IMG/VR virus record: IMGVR_UViG_3300042515_000605
Span: 1-33,577 of that record
From: a virus
Taxonomy: Duplodnaviria; Caudoviricetes
Length of the DNA stretch: 33,577 nucleotides
Reading direction: 5' to 3' (one strand)
A program made the position numbers and the translations under genes. The notes beneath the pieces are model-generated. The model searched no databases. It worked only from the letters and a program-made list of their open reading frames with translations, and was not told the DNA's origin. Positions 16,600-26,723 of the stretch are shown piece after piece. Position 1 is the stretch's first letter; the number at the start of each line of letters is the position of its first letter.

Positions 16600-16802
16600 T
16601 GGAAACAGTAAATAACCCAAAACACTATGGTGGAGATACAACCTATGAAGCTATTAAAGTAATAGAAGCATGGGAGTTAAACTTCCATTTAGGCAATGTA
16701 GTTAAGTATATTAGCAGAGCAGGTAAAAAAGACATCACAAAGACAAAAGAAGACCTTTTAAAAGCTAAATGGTATTTAGATAGATATATTGGTACTTTAT
16801 AA
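16599..16802 (+). CDS. DUF3310 (SaV-like) protein
   Basis: VNNPKHY...EAIKVIE...GNVVKYISRAGKK...EDLLKAKWYL. Confidence 0.9.
   Translation: METVNNPKHYGGDTTYEAIKVIEAWELNFHLGNVVKYISRAGKKDITKTKEDLLKAKWYLDRYIGTL
16791..16798 (+). promoter_or_regulatory. Putative late promoter core GGTACTTT
   Basis: Recurrent motif 20 nt before terS. The upstream hexamer is not evident here. Confidence 0.5.
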
Positions 16803-16818
16803 AAGAAAGTAGTTTAAA

Positions 16819-17208
16819 ATGCAAATAAATGAACAAAAACGAACCATCGAAGCTAAAAAGGCATTACTTGAAGCATTAGAGAAACATTTGGGCATTGTAA
16901 CACCTGCATGTAAAGAAAGTGGACTATCAAGAACACAACATTATAAGTGGTTAAAAGAAGATAAAGAATACAGACAGGCAGTAAAGGAACTTGAGAATGT
17001 TGCTTTAGATTTTGCAGAGTCAGCTTTGCACCAACAGATTAAAAAAGGCAATCCACTAAGCACAATGTTCTATTTAAAATGTAGAGCAAAGAAACGTGGT
17101 TACATTGAACAGCATGAGGTAAAAGTTACAGGTAATATGAAATTCACAGCAGACTTTGGCGAAAGCAGTACTATACAATCCTCACAAGAATCAGAAGAAA
17201 ATACATGA
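16819..17208 (+). CDS. terS: Terminase small subunit
   Basis: HTH LGIVTPAC...GLSRTQHYKW, LDFAES.L and FYLK...KKRGY, directly upstream of terL. Confidence 0.85.
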   Translation: MQINEQKRTIEAKKALLEALEKHLGIVTPACKESGLSRTQHYKWLKEDKEYRQAVKELENVALDFAESALHQQIKKGNPLSTMFYLKCRAKKRGYIEQHEVKVTGNMKFTADFGESSTIQSSQESEENT

Positions 17209-18361
17209 TAGCATAAATAAAGAAAACCATAAATACTACGTTATAAACATAGGTAGGCAGTTTGGTAAAACTTTATTAGCTATTAATCAAATGTTATTTT
17301 GGGCTTTAAATAATAAAGGCATTAGAATAGCATGGGTAAGTCCTATTTATAAACAATCTAAAAAAGTATTTGACGATTGCTTTAAGGCATTTGCAAAGAG
17401 ACCTGAAATTTACAGAAAGGTTAATCAATCGGAGTTAGTACTTGAATACATCACAGGTTCAACAATTCAATTCTTTAGTGCTGAGAGATACGATAACATG
17501 CGAGGTTTCACATTCGATTACTTGGTATGTGATGAGTTTGCATTTATGGATGAGAAAGCATGGACTGAAGTATTAAGGGCCACAGTATTGGTAAAAGGCA
17601 AAAAGGTTTTATTAATAAGCACTCCAAAAGGTAAAAACCATTTTTATAAAATGTATCAATTAGATGGGATAAACGAGCAGTACAAGTCATTTACAATGAC
17701 ATCGTATCACAATCCAATGATTAATCCAAAAGAGATTGACGATGCTAAACTTACTTTGCCTGACATGGTATTTAGGCAAGAATACTTAGCGGAGTTTGTT
17801 GATGGCACTGCAACACTATTCAACAATCGACAAATTGTCGACAGTAAAGCAAATGGTAGAGCATTTGCCGGTATTGACTTAGGCAGAGCAGACGATTACT
17901 CAGTGCTATCTATATTCAATGAAAAAGGCGAACAGTTCTACATTGAACGTTGGAGACATACTGACTGGCAAAGCATAGTTAAGAATATAGCGCAAGGATT
18001 AAGGACAAATTTTGTCCAAACTGCATTAGTTGAGGTTAACTCAATTGGTGATGTTATATTTGAAATGCTGCAAAAAGAATGTGCAAGTTACTGTACTATT
18101 GAACCATTCGTTACTACAAATCAGAGCAAAAAGGAAATAGTTGAAAGTTTAATCGTGGCAAATCAAAACAAAGAGGTTAAATTCTTAAATGTGGATTGGT
18201 TAGAAAAAGAACTTGAAATGTTTACCTATGAATACAACCCTAAAAGCAGAGTAATAAAGTATTCAGCACCTTCAGGATTCCATGACGATGGTGTTATGGC
18301 TACATGCTTATCTTTCCATGCTTACACTAAATACAAAACAGGCAGATACACACTATTATAA
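17156..18361 (+). CDS. terL: Terminase large subunit
   Basis: Walker A GRQFGKT, Walker B VCDEFAF, STPKGKNHFY, and nuclease motifs GIDLGRADD and HDDGVMA. TTG start. Confidence 0.95.
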   Translation: MAKAVLYNPHKNQKKIHDSINKENHKYYVINIGRQFGKTLLAINQMLFWALNNKGIRIAWVSPIYKQSKKVFDDCFKAFAKRPEIYRKVNQSELVLEYITGSTIQFFSAERYDNMRGFTFDYLVCDEFAFMDEKAWTEVLRATVLVKGKKVLLISTPKGKNHFYKMYQLDGINEQYKSFTMTSYHNPMINPKEIDDAKLTLPDMVFRQEYLAEFVDGTATLFNNRQIVDSKANGRAFAGIDLGRADDYSVLSIFNEKGEQFYIERWRHTDWQSIVKNIAQGLRTNFVQTALVEVNSIGDVIFEMLQKECASYCTIEPFVTTNQSKKEIVESLIVANQNKEVKFLNVDWLEKELEMFTYEYNPKSRVIKYSAPSGFHDDGVMATCLSFHAYTKYKTGRYTLL

Positions 18362-18367
18362 AACAAA

Positions 18368-18375
18368 GGTACTTT
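18368..18375 (+). promoter_or_regulatory. Putative late promoter core GGTACTTT
   Basis: Lies in the 19-nt gap between terL and ATG 18381. Confidence 0.55.
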
Positions 18376-18380
18376 TAAAT

Positions 18381-18986
18381 ATGATGACAATTACAATACC
18401 AAATACATGGCATGAAATATCAATAGATAAGTTTCCATTGATATACGATATTGTTAAAGATAAGGATATTGACCCTATCGATAGAGAAATTAGAGTGATT
18501 TCAATCATAGCTGATATTCCTGTGGCCGATGTTGAGAAAATAAGAATAGATCAACTAAAAGAACTTATCAAGTCAGTAAACTTTATTTTTCAAATGGAGT
18601 TTCCTAAGGCAGTTGAGATGTTTAAGCATAACGGGTATAGATGGATTGTAAACTATGACATTAGTAAACTTAGTGCAGGAGACTTTATCAGTTTAGCTAA
18701 GTTAACAGAAAGCGAAGAAAGTATAATTAGCAACTTGCCACAATTAGTAGCAATGTTTGTGAAGCCTTATAAAATAAGCTGGTTAAAGTACAAAGAAATT
18801 GAAATGGATTACATTCAAAGGGTTGAGCATATCAAAAGCATGAATGTTGGAATAGTTTATCCTTTATGTGTTTTTTTTTGCAAAGTTATAGAGGGTTTGT
18901 ATCCAAGTATAGAGGATTATTTGGTAAATCAAATGAAAGAAGCGAGGGAGTTGATACAGAGCGAACTGAACAACAAAAACACTTAG
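18381..18986 (+). CDS. Probable tail assembly chaperone (gpG-like)
   Basis: Start reassigned to 18381. Contains the slippery run GTTTTTTTTT at 18870-18879. Confidence 0.6.
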   Translation: MMTITIPNTWHEISIDKFPLIYDIVKDKDIDPIDREIRVISIIADIPVADVEKIRIDQLKELIKSVNFIFQMEFPKAVEMFKHNGYRWIVNYDISKLSAGDFISLAKLTESEESIISNLPQLVAMFVKPYKISWLKYKEIEMDYIQRVEHIKSMNVGIVYPLCVFFCKVIEGLYPSIEDYLVNQMKEARELIQSELNNKNT

Positions 18987-19132
18987 ATTATTGGAGTTGG
19001 TATGTTACACTTGACAATTTAAGCGGTAAGGATAGAACAAAGTGGGATTTCTTTTTAAACATGAATGTGGTATCGTTTTTAAACTATTTAAGTTACATTA
19101 AAGACAGAAACAAATGGCAACAGGGGTATTAA
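18872..19132 (+). CDS. -1 frame extension of the chaperone (gpT-like)
   Basis: The open -1 frame begins at the T9 tract and contains WSWY..L..LS..D..KWD...MN...FL.YL. Confidence 0.6.
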   Translation, partial: FFLQSYRGFVSKYRGLFGKSNERSEGVDTERTEQQKHLDYWSWYVTLDNLSGKDRTKWDFFLNMNVVSFLNYLSYIKDRNKWQQGY

Positions 19133-19620
19133 AAGATGAAATATCAAAAGTATTAGATGAATATATAAATAAAATTGAAGAAGGCGGTACTGTTGATCAA
19201 TCCGTTTTAAAATTCATTAAACGAGTTAAAGATAACATTGTTAAGTTTGGATTCGATGCAAGTGGAAATTTAATGCAATCCATTACACCACTACCAACTT
19301 CAGTTAATGGCAACATAGTTAAGATTACGATTGAAATTGAAGATTATTGGAAAGACCTCGAAGAAGGTACTAAGCCAAAAGGATATTCAAAAGAAAAGAG
19401 AAAAAAGTTACAACCAAGAATATTAGATTGGATTAATAATAAACCAGCGCTACAAAAAATAGCAAACACTCAAGAAGAAAGAAGGTCATTGAGTTATGCA
19501 ATAGCTACTAACATATTAAAGAACGGAACTATAAAACGTTTTGGGTATAAAGGAAAGAAATTCCTAACAATAGAGATTCCACAATTAGAAAAAGACATAG
19601 TTAAAGATTATCAACCATAA
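19114..19620 (+). CDS. HK97 gp10-like tail completion / neck protein
   Basis: Motifs ASGNLMQSI, YW..LEEGTKP and I.DWI..K. Confidence 0.65.
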   Translation: MATGVLKDEISKVLDEYINKIEEGGTVDQSVLKFIKRVKDNIVKFGFDASGNLMQSITPLPTSVNGNIVKITIEIEDYWKDLEEGTKPKGYSKEKRKKLQPRILDWINNKPALQKIANTQEERRSLSYAIATNILKNGTIKRFGYKGKKFLTIEIPQLEKDIVKDYQP

Positions 19621-20837
19621 TGGCACTAACACTATACAATACACCTAACAGCTACGCACCAGCGTACAATCAAATGATATTTACTTTGAGTTCTACTAAT
19701 GTAGCTCAATCTAATTTTAGATACATAGCAGATATTTATGTAAATGGTTCAAGTGATTACACACGTTTAGAAGTGGGAAAGAATCCAAATAATGGATACG
19801 GGACATTTGATGTAAGCGGAATAATACAAAACTTTCTTACAAGTGATGCTGAAGATAACACAACTACATTTAAACAATGTGGAAACTCGATAGCATCTTA
19901 TATCATTCAATTTGGTGAGCAATACGGGGCAAGTAGTGGAATTACTAACTACACAAACCTTACATCAAGTAGTGGTTATGCTTTTAATGGAGTATTTGAA
20001 CCGAATAACTTTTTAACCTTTGCTACAAACACGTATGTACTTCAAAACAGCTCAAGTCAATTCTTAACGGACCAGCCAACATTTAAAACGATAACAGGTG
20101 AGAAAATGGCTTTTGGATTTATGACTGATGCAGTTAATGAAGGTTATAATTTAGAGATAGTAACTTACTATGATGAAGGTACTGTCTTTAATACAGTTAG
20201 AGTACAGAATCCTTACGCTTCATTAAGTAATAGAGCAGATAGGTCAATTAATGTTAGAGTTGATTACGATTGGATTAATAGCTTAACAAATCCTGACTTA
20301 TCATTTGGTAGCTTACCAATATTTGTAACTAATTGGGAATATTATGAAGTGAAGATAAAAAATAGTGCAGGCACAGTAGTAAGTGAAACAATAAGAATAT
20401 ATCCAGGTGAAATTTGCAGTAAATACGAACCTATACGTTTTAAGTTTATGAATAATTATGGTAAGTACGATTATTACACTTTTACAGGTGCAAAGACAAA
20501 AAGCACAAACATAAAACGTAATACTTACAAAAGCAATCCAAATCAATGGAGTGGCACTAACTACAACTACTCAACAACAAGCAGAGGTTTAAGCCAATAT
20601 GAAACTATATTAGACGATACGATTACTATCAATAGTGATTGGATTACTCAATTAGAATCTATATGGTTAGAGCAACTTGTAACAAGTCCTGATGTTTATA
20701 TTTATGAAGGGGCTAACTTAGTTTCAGTTAATATCACGAATGCAAACTACGAGACTAAATACGAAGCAAGTCAGCAACTATTTAACTTAGTTATTTCATT
20801 TACCTATTCACAAAACAGAAAAAGACAACGCAGATGA
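19620..20837 (+). CDS. Tail structural protein (distal-tail-like)
   Basis: F.NNYG.YDYYTF...LEQLVTSPDVYI C-terminal domain, positioned before the large tail protein. Confidence 0.6.
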   Translation: MALTLYNTPNSYAPAYNQMIFTLSSTNVAQSNFRYIADIYVNGSSDYTRLEVGKNPNNGYGTFDVSGIIQNFLTSDAEDNTTTFKQCGNSIASYIIQFGEQYGASSGITNYTNLTSSSGYAFNGVFEPNNFLTFATNTYVLQNSSSQFLTDQPTFKTITGEKMAFGFMTDAVNEGYNLEIVTYYDEGTVFNTVRVQNPYASLSNRADRSINVRVDYDWINSLTNPDLSFGSLPIFVTNWEYYEVKIKNSAGTVVSETIRIYPGEICSKYEPIRFKFMNNYGKYDYYTFTGAKTKSTNIKRNTYKSNPNQWSGTNYNYSTTSRGLSQYETILDDTITINSDWITQLESIWLEQLVTSPDVYIYEGANLVSVNITNANYETKYEASQQLFNLVISFTYSQNRKRQRR

Positions 20838-23716
20838 TTTTAACTAAAATTTATATCAATAACGAGCAAATAGACTTAACGGATGAAGTTTCAATCCCTC
20901 TTAACTTTAATATTGCAGATATACGTGAGCCTGAGAAACGTTCTACAACATGGAGCAAAACGGTTGTATTACCTGGCACTACTTTTAACAATGAATTGTT
21001 TTCAAATATATGGAATGTTAATGCAGTCATTAATAGTACAGGCACTACTAACTTTACTCCAAATTTTAACCCGAACTTAAAAGCTATTGCAGAAATAACT
21101 TATAACGAAGCAACACAGTTTAAAGGCATTTGTCAATTGCTAAATGTTAATGTTACTGATAAATATGAGATACAATATGAAGTTTGTTTTTATGGCAGCT
21201 TACAAAACATTTATCAAGATTTTACTAATGGTTATTTAAGAGATATTGATTTAACTGAATATAATCATAATTACACATTACACAATCAGTTTTTAAGTTG
21301 GAGCAGAACTAACGGATATGTTTATCCACATATTGATTATGGCAAAAGAATAAACAGTCAATTTAAAGTAGAAGATATTTACCCAGCTGTATTTGTTAAA
21401 ACATTAATTGATAAAATGTTTAGTCAAGCAGGATATACTTATCAATCTAATTTTTTTGAAACAGATACATTTAAAAAATTAATTATACCTTATAACGGAC
21501 AAAGTTTATTAAGTTTAAGTGGTGAGCAAATAGAGAATAGAAGTTTTAGAGCTGAAAAAACAACTAAGCAAGTAGTTGAATTTGCTGCATCAGGTACTAC
21601 CTTTTATCAAGATAATCAGTTATCAACTTATAGTGGAGACATTACATTTGAAGATGAAACAACTGCCCCTAATTTTGATCCTGGTAATAATTTTAACTTT
21701 AATACATATTTCAAAGCATCAAGGTCTGGTAATTATAAATTAAAAGCATACATTAAATTAAATGTAGCTTATTATCCATTTAGGACTTTTACATTTATAA
21801 ATTCTTACACATTTGGTAGCTTAGCAATAACTAAAAGCGGTAATCAGTTAGCTAATATACCTTTAACCTTTGTGCCTAATGGAACTAATTTTTCAAATAA
21901 TAGGTTTAATATAAGAGTTTCAAAAGACGGAAGTAATGAAATAACTTATGGTGAGTTAAGTTCTGATGCAGAAGGTGTTTTAGAAATTCAAACATATTTA
22001 AACGCTAATGAGCAAGTAAGATGTGCAATATTAACTAATAGCCCTTATTACTTTTTTATATTGCCACAAATAGATGAATTTGATTACGCACCTGTTGAGG
22101 GTGACTTAAATATAGCATCAACAAGTTATTTTACAGGTCAATTATTAGATTCAACAATTCAAGAAGGTGATACAGTAATTTTATCAGATGTATTGCCTGA
22201 TAACATAAAACAAAGTGATTTTTTTAACTCAATAATAAAAGCATTTAACTTATTTGTTGAGGTTGATAAAAGTAATGAGTTTAACTTATTAATAGAGCCA
22301 AGACCTACGTTTTATAGCAGTGGAACTGTGAATGATTGGTCTGATAAATTAGACTATTCAAAGGAAACGAAAATCATTCCAATGGGTGAGATAAATAATA
22401 AAACTTATTTATTTACTTACAAAGATGACAAAGATTATTTTAATACTGACTATCAAACTAAGTTTGCTGAAATATACGGGCAAAAGAAATACGATATTCA
22501 AAATGATTTTCTAAAAGGTGAGGTTAAAACTGAATTAATATTTAGCCCTACTCCATTAGTTGATACAATTGGACATGATAGAGTAATATCTAAAATTTAC
22601 ACATTAGATAATAATGGAGCTATAAAGTTTACACCTTCAAATATTAGATTGCTTTATTACGGTGGTTTAAAAACAACTTTAAATACATGGCAGCATATAG
22701 CAACAAGCGGAACAACAATTAGAAGTAACTATGCCTATGCTGGTCATTTAGACGATGTACAGAATCCAACTTTTGATTTATCCTTTACAAATCCAAGACA
22801 AGTATATTATACACCTGAAAGATATACAACTAACAATCTATACAATAAATATTGGAAAGATTACATTGAACAAATAGCAGATAAGGATAGTAAAATATTT
22901 GTTGGCTACTTTTTAATTAATGAATTTGACATTCAGTCATTAGATTTTAGAAACACATTTTATTTTGAAAATGATTATTGGAGACTTAACAAAATAATTG
23001 ATTACGATATATCTGCAAAAGTTCCTACTAAATGCGAATTTATTAAGTTAAAAACATTACCACCTTATGTAGATGATATTGGATTTAATACTTTAGGAGG
23101 TGTTGAGGATAACGGAACTGTAGTAGCACCAACTGGCAAAATATTTAACTCTTACAATGATAACTTTGTAACTGAAGGTGCTATTGTAAGTGGAATGAGA
23201 AATCAAGTTAATTCGGGTGAAGGTGTTATTGTAATAGGTAGTGATAATACCGTAGGTTTAGGAAGTTCTAATGTTTCAATCACAGCATCAACAGGTGTGA
23301 CTTTAATGAACGGTGTTTCAAATGTTTCAGTAACTAATAGCAGCGGAATAACAGTAACAGAATCAAACGTAACTTACAATAATGGGATTAAGACTTTAAA
23401 CAATGTGTCTTATAAACATTACATTGCTTTATTATTTCAAAATGGAACGAGTGATCCTACAGCCTATGTTTTAGAAAACACTTTAACAAGTGGCATTACA
23501 TGGGTACGTGATGCAGTTGGTGAATACTTAGGAACTTTAACGGGTGAGTTTACAGAATACAAAACAACTGTAATATGTAACAACACTATGCAAGGTGAAA
23601 TAATATCAGGTAGAAAAAACAATAATACAGTTCAAGTTTACACATACAATTCAAGTGGAACTGCAACAGATGGGCAATTACTTTATTCAACAATAGAAAT
23701 ACGAGTTTACTCATAA
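20834..23716 (+). CDS. Large tail tip / baseplate hub protein
   Basis: 960 aa with an IADIREPEKRS..WSKT..LPGT N-terminus and a beta-helix-like Ser/Asn/Val-rich C-terminal part. Confidence 0.7.
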   Translation: MILTKIYINNEQIDLTDEVSIPLNFNIADIREPEKRSTTWSKTVVLPGTTFNNELFSNIWNVNAVINSTGTTNFTPNFNPNLKAIAEITYNEATQFKGICQLLNVNVTDKYEIQYEVCFYGSLQNIYQDFTNGYLRDIDLTEYNHNYTLHNQFLSWSRTNGYVYPHIDYGKRINSQFKVEDIYPAVFVKTLIDKMFSQAGYTYQSNFFETDTFKKLIIPYNGQSLLSLSGEQIENRSFRAEKTTKQVVEFAASGTTFYQDNQLSTYSGDITFEDETTAPNFDPGNNFNFNTYFKASRSGNYKLKAYIKLNVAYYPFRTFTFINSYTFGSLAITKSGNQLANIPLTFVPNGTNFSNNRFNIRVSKDGSNEITYGELSSDAEGVLEIQTYLNANEQVRCAILTNSPYYFFILPQIDEFDYAPVEGDLNIASTSYFTGQLLDSTIQEGDTVILSDVLPDNIKQSDFFNSIIKAFNLFVEVDKSNEFNLLIEPRPTFYSSGTVNDWSDKLDYSKETKIIPMGEINNKTYLFTYKDDKDYFNTDYQTKFAEIYGQKKYDIQNDFLKGEVKTELIFSPTPLVDTIGHDRVISKIYTLDNNGAIKFTPSNIRLLYYGGLKTTLNTWQHIATSGTTIRSNYAYAGHLDDVQNPTFDLSFTNPRQVYYTPERYTTNNLYNKYWKDYIEQIADKDSKIFVGYFLINEFDIQSLDFRNTFYFENDYWRLNKIIDYDISAKVPTKCEFIKLKTLPPYVDDIGFNTLGGVEDNGTVVAPTGKIFNSYNDNFVTEGAIVSGMRNQVNSGEGVIVIGSDNTVGLGSSNVSITASTGVTLMNGVSNVSVTNSSGITVTESNVTYNNGIKTLNNVSYKHYIALLFQNGTSDPTAYVLENTLTSGITWVRDAVGEYLGTLTGEFTEYKTTVICNNTMQGEIISGRKNNNTVQVYTYNSSGTATDGQLLYSTIEIRVYS

Positions 23717-23726
23717 TTGGTACTTA
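23699..23726 (+). promoter_or_regulatory. Putative late promoter ATACGA-N14-GGTACTTA
   Basis: The core lies in the gap before the tape measure gene. Confidence 0.55.
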
Positions 23727-23732
23727 AAAGAT

Positions 23733-25634
23733 ATGGCAATAACTACTTTTGAAATAGATGTAAATACAGGTGACTCGGTTAAGTCATTAAGTGATTTAAA
23801 AAAGGAATTTAAAGAAATCCAAAATGAGTTAACTGGCTTACAACCTGGCACTCAAAAATATATTGATACTCTTAAAAGATTAGGTTCTGTAAAAGATGAG
23901 ATAGGAGATTTAAGAGATGAGATAGGGGCATTTGCCGGAGAAGGTGCAAAGTTTGGAGCAGTACAAAAAGCGATTGGTGGAATTGCATCAGGCTTTCAAG
24001 CTGCTCAAGGGGCAGCAGCATTATTTGGTAGTGAAAGCGAAGATTTACAAAAATCTTTATTAAAAGTACAAGCTGCAATGGCTTTAGCTGAAGGTGTGAA
24101 GGGAATTGCAGAAATGGGTGATGCTTTTAAAATTGTTAAGGCAGTTGCTATTGATGCATTCAAAGCGATAAAGACTGCAATTACTTCGACTGGAATAGGT
24201 GCTTTTTTAGTTGTATTAGGTACAATAGTAGCTTATTGGGATGATATAAAAGAAGCTGTAAGTGGTGTTAATGAAGAGCAAAAAAAATTATTAGAAACAC
24301 AAGAAGCATCTGCAAAGGCAACTGAAAAAGAATTAACAGATGTAAGCAAACAAGAAAATATTTTAAAATTAATGGGTAAAACCGAAAAGGATATCCTTAA
24401 TCTTAAAATAGAAAAGTCAAAAGTTGCTATAGCTGATTTAGAAGCTCAGTTAGCTACTCAAGAATCAATGAAAGCAGCGCAAATAGAAAGCGCAGAAAGA
24501 AATAAAAGTATTTTACAAGGCATTTTTAGATTTGGTTTAGAAGCATCTGCAATATCTTTTAGAGTATTAGCAGCACCAATTGATTTATTAATAACAACAG
24601 CAAATAAAGTTGCTGAGATATTAGGTTTTCAAAAAATAACTACTTTTTCAATTAATGCGGAAATAACTAAATTAACAGCAAGTGCGGCAGAGTATGGTAG
24701 TAAATTATTATTTGATCCCGAAGAAGTTAAAACAAAGGCTGATGAAACAATCCAAACAACAAAGGAAAAGTTACAAGAATTAAAAAACCAACAAGCAGGA
24801 TTTCAATTAGCAATACAAGAAATTGACAAACAAGCTACTGAAAAATCAAAATCAAATACAAAAGAAAATAGAAAGTTAATTGATGAAGAACATAAATGGT
24901 TATTAGAATCAAATCGTGAAGCATTAAGGCGACAAGCTGAAATGGATAAAGAATTTGAAGATGCAAGAAGAAAGAAACAAGAAGAAGCCGATAAATTAGA
25001 AGCTGAAAGAATAGAAGCTGAAATACAAGCAGAACAAAAAAGATTAGATAAACAAAAAGCAGATAGATTAAAAGCAGTTGAAGATTATAAAAAGGCAAAA
25101 GAACAAGAAGTTCAATTGACTATACAAGGATTAACAGCTATTCAAGGGTTAGCAGATGCTTTTGCAGGTAAAAGTACGGAAAGTCAAAAAAGAGCATTTC
25201 AAATTAAAAAGGCTGCATCATTAGCACAGGCAACTATTGAAACATATCAGGCAGCACAATCAGCCTATGCAAGTCAAATGACTATTCCAACTCCTGATGC
25301 ACCAATTAGAGCAAACATAGCAGCTGCAATAGCAATAGCAAGTGGATTGGCAAGGGTAGCAGTAATTGCAAAAACAAAGTTTGAAGGCGGTGGTGCAGGT
25401 GCAACTGGTGGCGGTGGTGGTGGTAATTTAGGTTCATTTAGTCAAGGCGGTAGTGGTCAACCACCTCAAGGATTAACAGCACAGAATACAGTAACTCAAT
25501 TAAATCCTGATGGATCAGTAGCAGGGCAAGGTGAAAGAAATGCAGCACCTATGAAAGCGTATGTAGTAGAAAGTGAAAGTAGAGCAGTAACAGAAAGAGT
25601 AAACAAATTAAGTAATAATTCAAAAATAGGATAA
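23733..25634 (+). CDS. Tape measure protein
   Basis: Long Ala/Glu/Lys coiled coil, a hydrophobic STGIGAFLVVLG segment, a Gly-rich linker, and a KAYVVES C-terminus. Confidence 0.8.
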   Translation: MAITTFEIDVNTGDSVKSLSDLKKEFKEIQNELTGLQPGTQKYIDTLKRLGSVKDEIGDLRDEIGAFAGEGAKFGAVQKAIGGIASGFQAAQGAAALFGSESEDLQKSLLKVQAAMALAEGVKGIAEMGDAFKIVKAVAIDAFKAIKTAITSTGIGAFLVVLGTIVAYWDDIKEAVSGVNEEQKKLLETQEASAKATEKELTDVSKQENILKLMGKTEKDILNLKIEKSKVAIADLEAQLATQESMKAAQIESAERNKSILQGIFRFGLEASAISFRVLAAPIDLLITTANKVAEILGFQKITTFSINAEITKLTASAAEYGSKLLFDPEEVKTKADETIQTTKEKLQELKNQQAGFQLAIQEIDKQATEKSKSNTKENRKLIDEEHKWLLESNREALRRQAEMDKEFEDARRKKQEEADKLEAERIEAEIQAEQKRLDKQKADRLKAVEDYKKAKEQEVQLTIQGLTAIQGLADAFAGKSTESQKRAFQIKKAASLAQATIETYQAAQSAYASQMTIPTPDAPIRANIAAAIAIASGLARVAVIAKTKFEGGGAGATGGGGGGNLGSFSQGGSGQPPQGLTAQNTVTQLNPDGSVAGQGERNAAPMKAYVVESESRAVTERVNKLSNNSKIG

Positions 25635-25635
25635 C

Positions 25636-26694
25636 ATGGAAAATTTACCAATTTATAAATTAGTAATTGACGATAACGAAGAATTAGGTGTTGAGTTCGT
25701 TGCATTAGTAGACCAGCCTGCCATAGAAACTAACTGGCACGCTTTTAAAGACCATCAATTTGAAACATACAATGATTACCCAAAACAAGCGAGTGATAAT
25801 GCAAAAATAGCTTTAAGATGGGCTGAAGAAAATGGATGGGGTGACTGTGGCACTCCCGTTGGAAAAGCACGTGCAAACCAATTAGCTAACGGTGAAAATA
25901 TAAGTAGAGATACCATAGCAAGAATGGCATCATTTGAAAGACAAAGACAAAACAGTCAAAAGGCTTTAGGAGATGGATGTGGTCGCTTAATGTGGTTAGC
26001 ATGGGGTGGAGATGAAGGTATTGAATGGGCGCAAAGAAAGTTAGAGCAAATTGATAGGCAAGAAATGGTTGTTAATCCACGTGCTGGTGAAAGTAAAGAT
26101 GAATTTGTTTCTCGTTGCATATCTGTTGAAGTAGGAAATGGAATAGAACAAGACCAGGCAGCTGCTATATGTTATAGCAAATGGGATAACAAAGGAATGA
26201 GCGCACAGTTTAAATTCTTTGCAGATAAAGAAAGAAGAATGATAAGCGGAGCTTTAATGATTGCAGACCTTCCAATATATCGCAAAGATGAAAGCGGTGA
26301 GTATTATGTAGTATTTGACAAAGAGCAAATTGAAAAGATAGCACAGCGTTTCTTTAAGAAAGGATATAGCCACAATGTAAATATGATGCACGATCCTGAA
26401 AGGCAAGTTAATGGAGTTTACATGGTTGAATCTTTTATCATTGACAAAACGAGAGGTATTAAAACACCTGAAGGCTATCCTACATTAACAGAAGGTTCAT
26501 GGTTCGGAACATTTAAAGTAGATAATAATGAAGTTTGGAATGACTTTATTAAAACGGGAGTTTTTAAAGGCTTTAGTGTTGAGGGTGCATTTGCTCAAAG
26601 AAAGGTAAAAGATGCCCCTGTAAGCATTATCGAACAGTTAGCTGATAGAATACACAACTTAAGAAAAAAAGTGTCTGAGATTGCAACTAAATAA
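25636..26694 (+). CDS. Prohead maturation protease (XkdF-like) with inserted domains
   Basis: Motifs VALVDQPAIE, ERRMISGALMIAD, NMMH, GSWFG..KVDN..VW and KGFSVEG. Confidence 0.85.
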   Translation: MENLPIYKLVIDDNEELGVEFVALVDQPAIETNWHAFKDHQFETYNDYPKQASDNAKIALRWAEENGWGDCGTPVGKARANQLANGENISRDTIARMASFERQRQNSQKALGDGCGRLMWLAWGGDEGIEWAQRKLEQIDRQEMVVNPRAGESKDEFVSRCISVEVGNGIEQDQAAAICYSKWDNKGMSAQFKFFADKERRMISGALMIADLPIYRKDESGEYYVVFDKEQIEKIAQRFFKKGYSHNVNMMHDPERQVNGVYMVESFIIDKTRGIKTPEGYPTLTEGSWFGTFKVDNNEVWNDFIKTGVFKGFSVEGAFAQRKVKDAPVSIIEQLADRIHNLRKKVSEIATK

Positions 26695-26708
26695 AAAACG
26701 TGTACTTT
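26681..26708 (+). promoter_or_regulatory. Putative late promoter TTGCAA-N14-TGTACTTT
   Basis: Precedes the scaffold and capsid genes. Confidence 0.6.
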
Positions 26709-26723
26709 ATAAAAAAAAGAGCA

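Noticed and set aside
18282-18380. N-terminal extensions of track ORFs 18282, 26700 and 6501
   Set aside because: They overlap upstream genes or the promoter motif. Internal ATGs at 18381, 26724 and 6513 fit better.
25386-25425. GGT/GGC microsatellite as a variable repeat
   Set aside because: It simply encodes a Gly-rich linker in the tape measure protein.
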